Part shown: piece after piece, positions 25,219 to 37,400 of the stretch
Numbering within the stretch: position 1 is the stretch's first letter
Layout: every line of letters begins with the position of its first letter
Assembly: GCA_000697335.1 (NCBI GenBank)
Contig: JNEM01007126.1
Coordinates: 1 to 45,971, forward strand
Direction of reading: 5' to 3'
Source: Conidiobolus incongruus B7586
Lineage: Eukaryota
Length of the DNA stretch: 45,971 nucleotides
Translations under genes and position numbers: made by a program
Notes under the pieces: model-generated
Database searches by the model: none
The model's input: the letters and a program-made list of their open reading frames with translations, nothing else
What the model was told of the DNA's origin: nothing

Positions 25219-25956
25219 ATGGATTTTCATCATATTTTATCAACTTCTCATTTACACTCTTCCACTACCGCTCCTGTTCCTTTTCCTGCAAATCAGCCTT
25301 CTAGCACCAACCATCACCAACTACCAGGTATATCTTACCTCGATTCTCATCAAACGCACTCCTACCACCCCTCTCATATTCCCAATTGGTATAATGCTAA
25401 TATGACATCATATGCCTTACCTCAAGAAATACCGTTGGCCCATTCATCACCCAACATCACCCAGCGCCATTCTTTTCAAGCATTTGAAAAACTTCAAACT
25501 CAAGAAAAAAGCAATAAAAAAAATTCTGAGCACCCAATGAGTGCACCACTGCATAAATCCATACCAAGGGAGTTTTCCGCTGCTCTATTTCCATACTCGA
25601 TCCAATCTATCCCCAAAAGAAAGCCCAGGAATAAGCGCACATTTATCAGTCAAGCACAAGTGAAAGAGTTGGAAAAAATCTTTGAAATAAATAACTTTCC
25701 AACGAGTGAAGTGAGATCATCTATTGCCACTAAATTGGGCTTATCTGATCGATCGGTACAGATTTGGTTCCAAAATAGGAGACAGGGAAGAAAAAAGCAA
25801 ATGATCAGTCAAAATAACCAACAGCTTAACACTACTAATCAACATTTCAAGGATCCCAACTTTGATCAGCTATTTCCATACTCCAAGGGTGCTACCACCT
25901 CACATACTAAGACCCGATTAATGGAGCCATTTGATAAAACGAATCATAATTCATAA
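25219..25956 (+). CDS. Homeodomain transcription factor (Q50 type)
   Basis: ORF from ATG 25219 (245 aa) with homeodomain KPRNKRTFISQAQVKELEKIFEINNFPTSEVRSSIATKLGLSDRSVQIWFQNRRQGRKK and a His/Ser/Pro-rich N-terminus. Confidence 0.9.
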   Translation: MDFHHILSTSHLHSSTTAPVPFPANQPSSTNHHQLPGISYLDSHQTHSYHPSHIPNWYNANMTSYALPQEIPLAHSSPNITQRHSFQAFEKLQTQEKSNKKNSEHPMSAPLHKSIPREFSAALFPYSIQSIPKRKPRNKRTFISQAQVKELEKIFEINNFPTSEVRSSIATKLGLSDRSVQIWFQNRRQGRKKQMISQNNQQLNTTNQHFKDPNFDQLFPYSKGATTSHTKTRLMEPFDKTNHNS

Positions 25957-27599
25957 TATAATCCCATTATGGAAGAAAGTGCCAATTACTTGAGTTATCA
26001 TGGTATAAATGATGATGTAAGCTAAATTCTGACAAATAGGAATAATTGACTAAGGAAAAACCTTGGATAAACCCCAATTATTCCCACTTCACAACCTCTT
26101 ACAAATATACTTAATGCAACAAAATCTTTTTTAATAATAAATTTTAAAAATGCTAGTCATTAATAAAAAATGGTAATGCACTATGTTGAATCTGATAATT
26201 CTCATAAAAATGTATCAAAAAGATATTATCTGACCAATTAACTTAGCATTAGTTAATATTATTTGAATATCATCATGATCTAATGATATCATCCACAATA
26301 TCTCAATTCTCAATTAATTTTTAATTGAGAATTCCATAAATGTAATAATAAGTTAAAATAAAAAACTTGAATAAACTTGAAATAATAATTTATAAATATA
26401 TTAATATTTAACCCCTCCCTTGTCCATTTGTCAATTTATAAATTCATCATTCGATTTACCTAAAAAAATATATTAGAATCAATCTTGTTTTAATATATCT
26501 AAAAATTTCTATATTTAGTATAGCTCTCTGTAACAAATATCTTGATGAAAAAATATGGATTATTCAAATAATTGTCATATGATTGATTTCTTATATAATA
26601 AAATTGATCCAAATCACTTGTTTAGAAAAAAAATAATATAATATAATTTTGTTCAAAATATTATTATATTTATATTTTATTCTTTTTTTATATATAGATC
26701 AATGTAAAATTTCTTTATTAGTTTTTAAAATTAATAAAACATAAAATATTTAATGTATATAAAATTTTTAAATGCCTTTAATAAATTTATAAATATAAAT
26801 TTGATTCTTTGTCTCAACTCATTTTGAAAAATGTTTGAAACTATCAAATATTATATATGTATAGATATGGTTAAAGGTTTAAGGATTATATTGAAAAAAA
26901 TAAAGTCCACAATTACTATCCAAAGTAATATAGAGATATAATTATGACTAAAGCTTAAATATTTGTTTATTATTGGCTAGTCTTGAGATTCAGTTTGAAT
27001 TTTTGGAAATATTTATTCTTTTTTTAATGTGATTATTATTGAACTTGTAATAAATTTAAATAATTAGCTAATTAATATAAATAATCTTTTGAAATAATAT
27101 TTTCGATGCTAAATATTGATATATTTAATCCGAATTGACTTCACAAGTCACTTTATTTATTTTGTATGACTTCTTTTAATACACTTGACAACCTATAATA
27201 ATATACTATTTAGTTTTAATTTTCAACTTATAGAATATATATTGTTAATAATTTGTTAAACTGATCCAACAATAAAAATTTTCCTCTAATTAACCAGTTT
27301 TTAACTTGGGTTTAACTTCGCTGAATTGCCAGTTTTAAAATACTTTTAAGTCTTTATAATTTATATAATAAATATGATTGTATAAATTAGGAATTATCAA
27401 ATAACTTTAAGTTCAATTAATTAATAAACTTATTCACAAAAATAGTTTTTCCGAATTTAATATGGTAATATTTTGGGATTATTGAAATAACAAAATTATA
27501 TTCAATGGCTATAATTTTTTAGTATGAAGTAAATTTTATTATAATAAAGCTACTTTAACAATGTTATAAAAATTAATAATTTGAAAAAATTATAATATT

Positions 27600-27602
<3 letters not shown>

Positions 27603-27630
<28 letters not shown>
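27603..27630. repeat. (AT)n microsatellite
   Basis: Run of about 14 AT units seen directly; shorter runs at ~505-520 and ~22078-22096. Confidence 0.9.
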
Positions 27631-27635
<5 letters not shown>

Positions 27636-30600
27636 CAAAATATTGAAATAACAGATAAATTATTAGACAATACAAATTTTACAATATTCAAAAATTAATT
27701 TTTAATATCTTTACTGGATAACTTATCAAAAGAATTACAAGTTTTGGGATAAAATAAGATAGTCAAAAATATTAGTCATTATTGAAGTTATTGAAAATAT
27801 TATATATAAAGGATATATAAATTATTTTATTCCAAATATAATATTTCACAAAAAAATACAATATTATTTTTACAATGTTAAATTATTTCGCCATCTGTTC
27901 TTTAAAATTCAACCTAAACGATATAAATCTAATATTAAAAATATAACCTTTGTTAAAGTAAATATAACACTTAAATAAAATAAATACCAAGTTTAATATT
28001 TTGAGCAAATATTATATTCTATCTGAGTTGAATATCATATTATTTTCACTTGACACTTATATTTTATTTCTAAATAACATATTTGTTAATTATTTCATAA
28101 TAAATATGAAACGTGTCAATTAACAGTGTATAAAGAACTTTACTTGAGTTTTATTTTAACTATAAATTTAACTCAATTAGATATTTATTTTTTACTAATA
28201 ATTGAATAACACAATTTAAAATATGATAAGATATATATAATTATTCCTGGAATTTTTATAGGCTATGAACATGTCCATTAATATACAATTTTGGTTGAGA
28301 TAAATTATCACCTATATTTTAATATATTTTATAATAAAATTTAATTTCAAACAGTACAAAATTAAATACACTATTGATATCCTCAGTCAAATATAAATAC
28401 TTCTATATTCTTAATACCAAAATGCAATAATAAATTGAAAATTTATCAAATAATCTTGGATATTGGGATAAAACTAAAAAGGTTAAAAACTTTAATTCCA
28501 ACAGTATTCAATTTTTACTTAAATATCTAATATCTCTTGAAATATTAAAAAACAAATTTTGAATTCAAAAAAAAAAATAAACAAAATTTTCTACACTAAA
28601 GTGTTTTTAAAATATAAAAAAAACCTTAAATGACTTGTCCAATAACTCAAAAATGTATGTTGAATATCAAATTATCCAAGGCATCATAATAAACTTACAC
28701 TAAATATATTGTTTCCAAATCATTAATATATATATATATAAAGCAATTAGTTTCTACAGTTATTAATATAAATGGAGCTAATGTTGTATTTTAAAATTAA
28801 GCGTCCATCTCGATTTGATAGTTAAACCAATATTATTTCTAATTTAAGCTGGCTTTGTCAGTCCATAATTAAATGTAATGACTCACCGAGTCCACTATTT
28901 TAATAGGCTTATTAATAAATAATTTACTAACAACCTTTTTATTGAAAAATCTTACTATAAAACATAACACCAATATTAATTGATATATATATATATAAAT
29001 TTTAGGTCTATAATAAAAATATTAAAAAATAAGTCAATAAAACAATATAAATTCAACTTTTGTTATATAATCATTTAAAAATAAAAAAACAATAAATGGT
29101 ATATATCTATAAAATAAATTAAAATATATATATTTAAAAAATAAAGATAAATAATAAAGATCCAAGAGATCTTTTTTTGACTTATAAATAAAAAATGTTA
29201 AAATTATTTGGCATTATGAAATAATCTTAATCGCATTATTTCACAAAAGATGAGATACATTTTTATTTTATTAGCACAAAAACAATAATCAAATTTACTC
29301 ATATAAATTGATTTAAATTTAAAATTCAATAGTTATTGGTAAATAATTTGATTATATAAAATGATTATATCAAATATACCAGAATAAATTTAGGCCAGTT
29401 TTTAATCCTCTAACACCATTAACAATTAAAGTTATTACTAATAACCAAGTAAGTGGTCAAAAACATTTTGTAAAAAGTATTATATGATAAATAAATTGAA
29501 AAAAAACTAAAAAAATTATAAAATAAAAAAGGAACTTAATATAATAATTATTAAGTAGAATAATGTTATGATATTTCCTGAATTTTAAGACTCCAAATAT
29601 ATAATAAAAAGAGTTAACAGACGTATTAAAAATAAAATCATAAGAAAATATCGAGATAATCGTGTTACAGATTTAAGCAAAATTTACTTAATAAAAAAGT
29701 GAATATCCCTGGTATAATGTAATCATTTGAAACAAACATTAATTGAGCAAAACTTATGGTAATTATAATTATATACAAATATAACTTGGATTATAGAAGT
29801 TTTTCAAGTTCCTTTGATGTCATACATAAGTAGATCAAGATACCAATATTGCTAGAAATATATTCCTTCATTATCTAACAGTCAATCAAGCCAGTTTTCC
29901 AGGATTGGTGTTGTGACTTACCTCTTTGAAGTCTAAAGAATCCTTGCAATACTTGGATAAGGATGATCAAATTTGATCAACTTTAGACAAGTTTAATTGT
30001 AAGTGTTCAATTAAACAAAAATTATATAGTTAACATTAAAAAGAAATCATTAAAACCATATAATAATATCCCTGATATTGTTAAAGGATCGATATAAGTA
30101 GATAAATCCCAAATTTTAAATAATCAATAATTATCCAAGTATAATAAGAATATATTAGACTGTTTTCCAATTCCATTAATTTCAATATATATTAAAATGC
30201 AATATTTTGAAATCAATTTTATTTCATACTAAATTGAAAATAAGAAATCGATAAAAAATGTTATTATCAGGTTATTATTTCATTAAAATCATGTTTTGAC
30301 CAGATTATGATAACAAATATCCAGGTTTATAATTGAAAAAAAATTGGCTATCAGGTTAAAAATTGAATAACTTTTGTAAATATAATAGTGTCGTAATATT
30401 ATCATATGAGAATTTCACTCTATATTTGGGAAATATATTTGAGATTTGATTCGAATAAAATTATCCAAGCCCATTAGATTTATTTTGAATAATTGAACAG
30501 CTGTATTGATCAGAATCTATTATAAACTGATTTCATACGAATCAATAATTTTGGAGTTAAATGGTTAATAAAAGTATTTAAAATCAATAGTAAGTCTTGA

Positions 30601-31563
30601 CAATTGAAATCATGTTTGTAATATATTGTATCATCCATACTAATTTGTGATTTATAATATAAGCCAAAATAAGATGAATTCACAAAATTATAGTGATATA
30701 AACTTCACGGCTTTTTTCAATAGTAACATGATATAAATAAAAATAATAATTATCTATTAAAATTAAATTATGTAATAAATCATTTTTATTGGTATGTTAA
30801 TAATATTATAATCATATTTTATATTTATAAAATTTTCTAAATTTTTGAACTTTTGAATTATTGTAAAATTTTTTGTAATATTAGATTTAAATCAAACTTG
30901 TGTTTTTCTCATTATTTCAATAATTCAAATATATTTTCAATTTAATATAAAATCAATTGATAATACTATATATATATAATTTATTATGAGTAAAACTGCA
31001 ATTCATTAATATTAATTAAAATATAAGACTTTATCGAGTTAAGATAAATATATATTAAGTTTCAATTTAATGAAGAAAATGTTATTCAAATTATTACTAA
31101 TAGTAATTTGTATCAATATTTGATTTTGTATAATGATAATGTCATTAATAAATTTATTAATGAAAAATCTAAAAGCAGAGAGAAATTTTTTTAAACTCAA
31201 CAACATAAGTTGATTATGTTGAATATGATAATGGGTATCAAAAATGGAATATATAAATTATTTGTTGCTATTATAGTATATAATACAAAATGATCATTCA
31301 AATTATATTTCTTAATTATCAAATTAATTTTAAGGATTTTTAATTATTTTTGAATTATGAAAAATATAATAACTTTAATTAAAAGTAACTAAAATACTGT
31401 GATAAAATGGATTGTTTTGTACAATGTATAATAATCATATCATAGTATCGTTAGTTAAGATGATTAAGTTGAATTAATAATTATTTATTTCTGTCCAGTC
31501 TTGCCTTAGGGAACGTTTTAAGGAGATAGGAATTGAAGTCAAATTAAAGGAAGGATCAATCGA

Positions 31564-32945
31564 TTAGAAATAATACAATGCATTACGACGATAAAGTGCA
31601 ACCTTCTTGGACTGTGGTCATTTGGGATTGTATTTGAGCTTGTCTAAGAAATGGCGGTATTTATCACTTTGTAACAGAGCTTCAAAATCTCTCGGAGTTA
31701 GTTCTGGTAGTTCGATATTGGTTGTACAGCCGACATTTAGGTTATGTACCAGCGTAATGCCACCGCTCAGTTCCACATACACCAAGCATGAAGCGTTTTA
31801 AACCAAAATTTTCCTCCTGTAAACCCACGGACACTGTTACCAAATGAGAATTTGGCTAATTGATAATTGTGATCTACAAAGTAGGTGATTCCATCTATGA
31901 GACAGCATGCTACAAGGGGGTTCTGTGCAAATAGCCGCAGGATGGGCAAAGTTGTGATACCGAGAATGGGTATTCTGCTTGATAGCTTAATTGGCTTGGT
32001 TTGATCACCTGAAGCCAATCCATACACATACTTGTAAGCAGGGTGGGTACTCCTGCATCAATACCTTGTAATTCCTGTGGAAACAGATTGATCTGACCAT
32101 TGACATCAATTTCAGGATATCGTCCGCCTAGCTGACCAATGATGAGGATTGGATTGCCATTAGGATCAAAGCCCAGCTTCAAACTGCTAATGGGTTCCTT
32201 GACTTGGAAAATGGCCTTATTCAGCCAGAAGAAAGAGTCATAGTGAAGAACTCGAACTCTGTCCGTGAATACCTGCAAACCTCGCACCTTTAATCTAGCA
32301 TTTGGTGAGTATTGGTCAGATACGGCACGACCCTCTGTAAGCTGGTATGCGTGTATCTAGCTATCTGGTCGTTCGAGCACTAGTTCATTTATTCCATCTC
32401 CATCGATGGCTTCTACGAGTGCTGAGATTGTGTTAGTAGGGATCTGGGAAGTCCAGTTAGGTAGAATGATATTGGGCTGGAAGGTATGCTCGGCTGATTT
32501 TTGGATAAATTTGAATTTTTCGCTGGGGTTAATGGGTTCTTGAGGATTTGGCGATGCTAAAAGGGTAACGATATATGGTGAAGAAATGGCAATCGAGGGA
32601 GTTGGGGGATGGAGCCGACTGGGCTAATAAAAGGAGCATAGAATAGGTAAAAGTGACCTTCTGCTTTAATCACCAAAAGAGAAGACCTTCCAATATTCCT
32701 GAGGTCTCCAAAAACAACTGATGTGATTGTTCCATTCAATCAGCATATCTTCCAAGACGTTAATTCGTTACACTGGTTGGATGTGTGGGAGTCTTTGTAT
32801 ATATACAGATCACCTGAAATATTTGCTATAACCAGCTCATTTAATTTATCATCATCAATATCGCCTAAAACAATGCTCTTGGGATTAATGATTCCTTCGA
32901 ATTGTAACTTTAACTGATATGGTAAAATGATGTATTTAATTGCAT
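31564..32945 (-). pseudogene. ITFG2: KICSTOR subunit ITFG2 (FG-GAP repeat beta-propeller) homolog, disrupted
   Basis: Blocks resembling human ITFG2 (recalled) in order: LQFEGIINPKSIVLGDIDDDKLNELVIANISGDLYIYK; GTITSVVFGDLRNIGRSSLLVIKAEGHFYLF; QIPTNTISALVEAIDGDGINELVL; VACCLIDGITYFVDHNYQLAKFSFGNSVRGFTGG; SCLVYVEL. In-frame stops at 32740-32742 and 32357-32359; frame changes near 32940, ~32560-32620, ~32030 and ~31800; no introns evident. Confidence 0.85.
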
Positions 32946-34424
32946 ATAAATATTTAACTGTGACTACTTGTCAATTTAAATTATTTTATATGAATTTAAA
33001 CCATGAAATTAAAAAATACTGTTATTATATATTAAGAAATTTAAAATGATGGATAGTTATTGTTATCATTTTTTCATGTATTAAATTTTTAATATACAAC
33101 ATTCCTTGTTGAAATTAAATTAGCCTAATTATATATCTCTAAAATATACTGGTAACTATGATATTGAAATTAAAAGTTAAATATTCATGCCAACTTTAAC
33201 AAGCATCAAGCTATCACAATATTGTTTGGTTTTGATTATTATCCTAAATATGTTGAACTCCTATAACTATATAGAACTAAACTTTTAATTGAATTATTTC
33301 AAATATTTAATAAATGATTATTCTAAAGTTATGTTTGTTGTCTCCTAATAATAGCCGGTACATATTATTTAATATAATATTTATTAATTGTCGAAATGAA
33401 ATACTATAAATATTGATCAATACATTATAAAGATTTACTACTAAGAATGATTATATCATATATATTAATAGATAATTATTAGATTTTAATTTAATCAAAT
33501 ATAATAACTATATTATTCTACTATTTCCATTAAATCAGTAAATCATTTGAAAAAATACAAATATTTAAATAATTAAAATATATCAATTTTTTTCTAATAT
33601 AATTCCAAATATATAATTATTTTTGTTAATTTTATTCATTTAATGAAATGCTCAAAAATAGAAATAATTATATTAATATATAATATAATTTTAAAAATGC
33701 ATTCAATAAATATTTAGGATATATTATAATAAATATAATAAAAATATACATATCTAAAATACTCTTTCCAAATAGATATTGATAATGCATTTTTAATAAT
33801 TAAGATAATAAACATTACAAAAGTAAATGAATTATTTAAATTTGAATATGATTTAAAGCAATTTATATGAGAAATTATTTTATTATTTTAATAATAAAAT
33901 TTACAAGATTAGGCTAATAAAAAATCTTTGCACATGATTACAATACTTAATAGTCAGTAACTATTAATGAGTATAACTAATTTTTAAAATTCAGAATATA
34001 GTTAAAATCTAGATTAATTTGAAATCTGTTAATCACTAATCTTAACAAAATATTATGTATCTTTTTTTGAATGAAAATAGGATTTAATAGAATAAACATT
34101 TTCAATGAGATGATAAATATTATGTTTTTTTTAAAAATAATCATTTGTAAATGCACTTGATATTTGAGAATTGATATTTTTAAATTGTGATATGATAATA
34201 ATTAACAAATTTAGATTAAATAGATTGATCAAACTACTGTGATGTTTAAAATGCTAAAGTAATTAGCATCATGAAAAATTAGAATTTATTAAATTTTAAA
34301 GTAGTGAGGTGAGTTTGATTATTTAAAATAAGCTTAATAATATAAGTGATAATATATGTAATTTTGATTATTAAATGTTCATTAGTGAATATAAATGATG
34401 CGTAATGAAATATGTATAATACGT

Positions 34425-37400
34425 TTAACTGAATCCGAATCCAGTACCACACTCAGAAATAGCTAAGAGAATTTGAGATCTTAGTTGTTCATAATTTTCA
34501 TATAATGGGATATCTAATTGATTAAAGCTAAAAACTATATGTTAATAACTGTTAATAATATATTTTAAGTAATTGCTTACCATGTGTGAGCAGAAGGTAA
34601 TCGTTGAGTTGATGAGAAATCCTTGTGAATTTGGAAACGTTGTACACCTCCTGAGCCTTGTAAATTACTAAAACCTTCTAATGGGACTTTAGAGGTACCA
34701 GTAACAAATTGAAGAAGTTTGGCGCGTTCTTCTTGATCGAAGCTTCGTACAGCTCTCCAGAACCATTGGATTTGAGGAGATGACTCTGTGTATCCTTGGT
34801 ATTCGGTATTATTTTTCCAGTCATCAACATCAATGTAAGGAAGACCAGAAATCAAAAGCTCTAATTCCTGCTCATTGAAAATGCGGATAAGCCAAGGAGG
34901 AATAATTTCGTGAAATCCAATCAAGAAATTCTTGATTTGATCTTTAATGGCAACAGTCAACTTTTGTTGTGTGATTAAGTGGATATATTCATGCTTATTT
35001 TCCTCAGTAACAGGGATATCGCGTCCATTTGGTTTCAAATCAATAATTCTCTTTTCACCGAACTCTTCATCTTCCATACTGAAAGTTAGGTCTAAAACAC
35101 CAGTGATATCATTTTCTGTCATCCACATCAAACTTCTATAAAAGGTAGGATCAACAGCTTCCATATCGCGAATTTCAACTGGTTTGTTGAGAATATGCTT
35201 GTAAAAAGAGCGAGTGAAATAGCAATCAAGTAAACGATTATCATAAATAGCTTTGCCTATAATTCTACCAACAAATTTAAAATAGGACAAATGATCATTA
35301 TTAACCCATGATGATCTATTAGGTTGGTAAGTAACTCGATCAACAGCGGAGGTTTTAAACAGAGCGTAATCAGGATTAAACATTTGACGAGATAAAACTT
35401 GTGACCATTCTCTTGTTACACCACCAGCATCGACACCCTCTTCATCATGGAATTTGACATTCAATTTACCATATTTGATTTCTTCACCTGATCTTCCTTG
35501 GAGCTGATGGTAGGAATCTTCGAAGACATGTGAACGACGAACATTGAGCTGCAAACTACCATATTGATCTCGAGAGTTGGATCGTTTATGTAGTTGTTGT
35601 CTGAAATAGTTTCTTTTGTTATCGAAATCCAAAACTTTATGGTTCTGTAGCAAAATAGAGAAGGAGCCACTCATTAAACTTGGATTTAAACGAAGCAGCA
35701 AATTGAGAATCTTTCGATGACGCTCAGTAAATTGATCAAACATTTTCAATTCTTCAGTCTCACGCTTGGGAGTGCTTGAGGAAGAACTGGGTAAAAAGCC
35801 ACTATGCTTGAAGATTACCATAAATGCTTCTATTAGCGGTAACAAAAGGGTGGCAACGTGATTCATTTCCTCTTTATCAACAATTAAGCTCAAGCATGAG
35901 CCCAAATGTTTCCATATATCGGTTTTAAGTAACTGATGGTAAACTTGCTGGAATTTGAACTCATGACCCTCATGATTAGAATCAGTCTGCTTCTGCTTCT
36001 TTCTAGTGTGGAAGTAATCCAATGTTTTCAACAATCTCAATAATTTAGCTTGAACAGAAGAAGATTGTGAGAATTTGATTAAATCTGATTTGGTTATTTC
36101 AGTGCCATCAGTAAGACAACTTAAATGACCTTCAAGTTCAGCCAAGTCTTCGGATATTTGGGTCTGAAGCTTTTGGGATTTAATCGCTAACTCTTCAAAG
36201 AAGACAGATTGGGCCTTTTCGATGACAGACAAGTGCTGAATTACTGATAATGTGTACTGGAAGGTCTTACTAGTACATTCACCTGAGGCAAGTGCGTTGA
36301 TTATTGCTTTTAATGATGAGTCGGGGATATGAATAGGCTTAGAAGCAGTGATAGCGTTATCGGAGTCATGCTGATTACTTGAACTGGACTTGGATGCTTC
36401 GGCTTTAGTTGTGGTTCCTTGAGTTTCACTTTGAGAGCTTCCGTGTTTGCTCAAAGCATGTTTTTCGATATAAGACTTATATTGGGCCGAGTAGTAGCGA
36501 GTAATAGAAGAAAGAAGATGCATAAGCTGCTCTACTAAGGTAAGATCAGACAAAATGGAAGGATGGTCCAATAAGAATATTAATGCAACTAATGGATTAG
36601 ATGTCTCAATAATCTTTTCTTTACCCTTGGGCTTTTTGCCAACTGATTTACGATATACAGTTTGATGCTCGTTCAAGAAATAGCGAATAGATAAGCTATT
36701 CGAAGAGATCAAATAACTCAAGGTTTGGATGCATCTCTTAATAATCAAATTAGGATCAATTCCTTCGTTTGCTGTATTCAGCTGCATTTTGGGTTTGACC
36801 ATAGGCTTCTGGTTAGATTTATGCTGTAATGATAAGTTAGCAAAGCTGCGATCTAACGCTTGGATATCGTTGGGACAATCTTGAATAATAGACAATAATA
36901 TCGAAATTAGATTAGAGCAAGTGTTAGCATTTTCACATAAGTTAATCAAAAGCTTATGAACTGAATTCTTGCTCAATGTTTGAGGAAGGAATAAGAGTCT
37001 AACAATGCTAGTCAAAGCAGAGTAATCTACTAACTGAATTGTTTGCTTAGGGTGGCGATCTTTTTGGCTAGAAGGATCATTGGAAGACTGGTTATTTTGC
37101 TCATAGAATCGAGGTAGATACCCTGTTCTACTAGAAATGGGTCTACGGTTGAATTCAATAAAACTTTGATTGTCTTGAGAGTGGTGCGAGTTAGACATGG
37201 GATTGGTCCAGTCAAAAGTTCGATTTCTAAATGGAGGTGGAAAACGATTTAATGAGTTAGAGATGATAGAAGACATGGTTTGCTGGTCGGGAAATTGTGA
37301 TTGATCATTGTTTTCATTAGTTGGGATTGAAGCATTACCAAGGAGTTCCATTCGAATATCTTCAGGGAGTGCATTGAGGAATTCAGGAGAAATAGGATCA

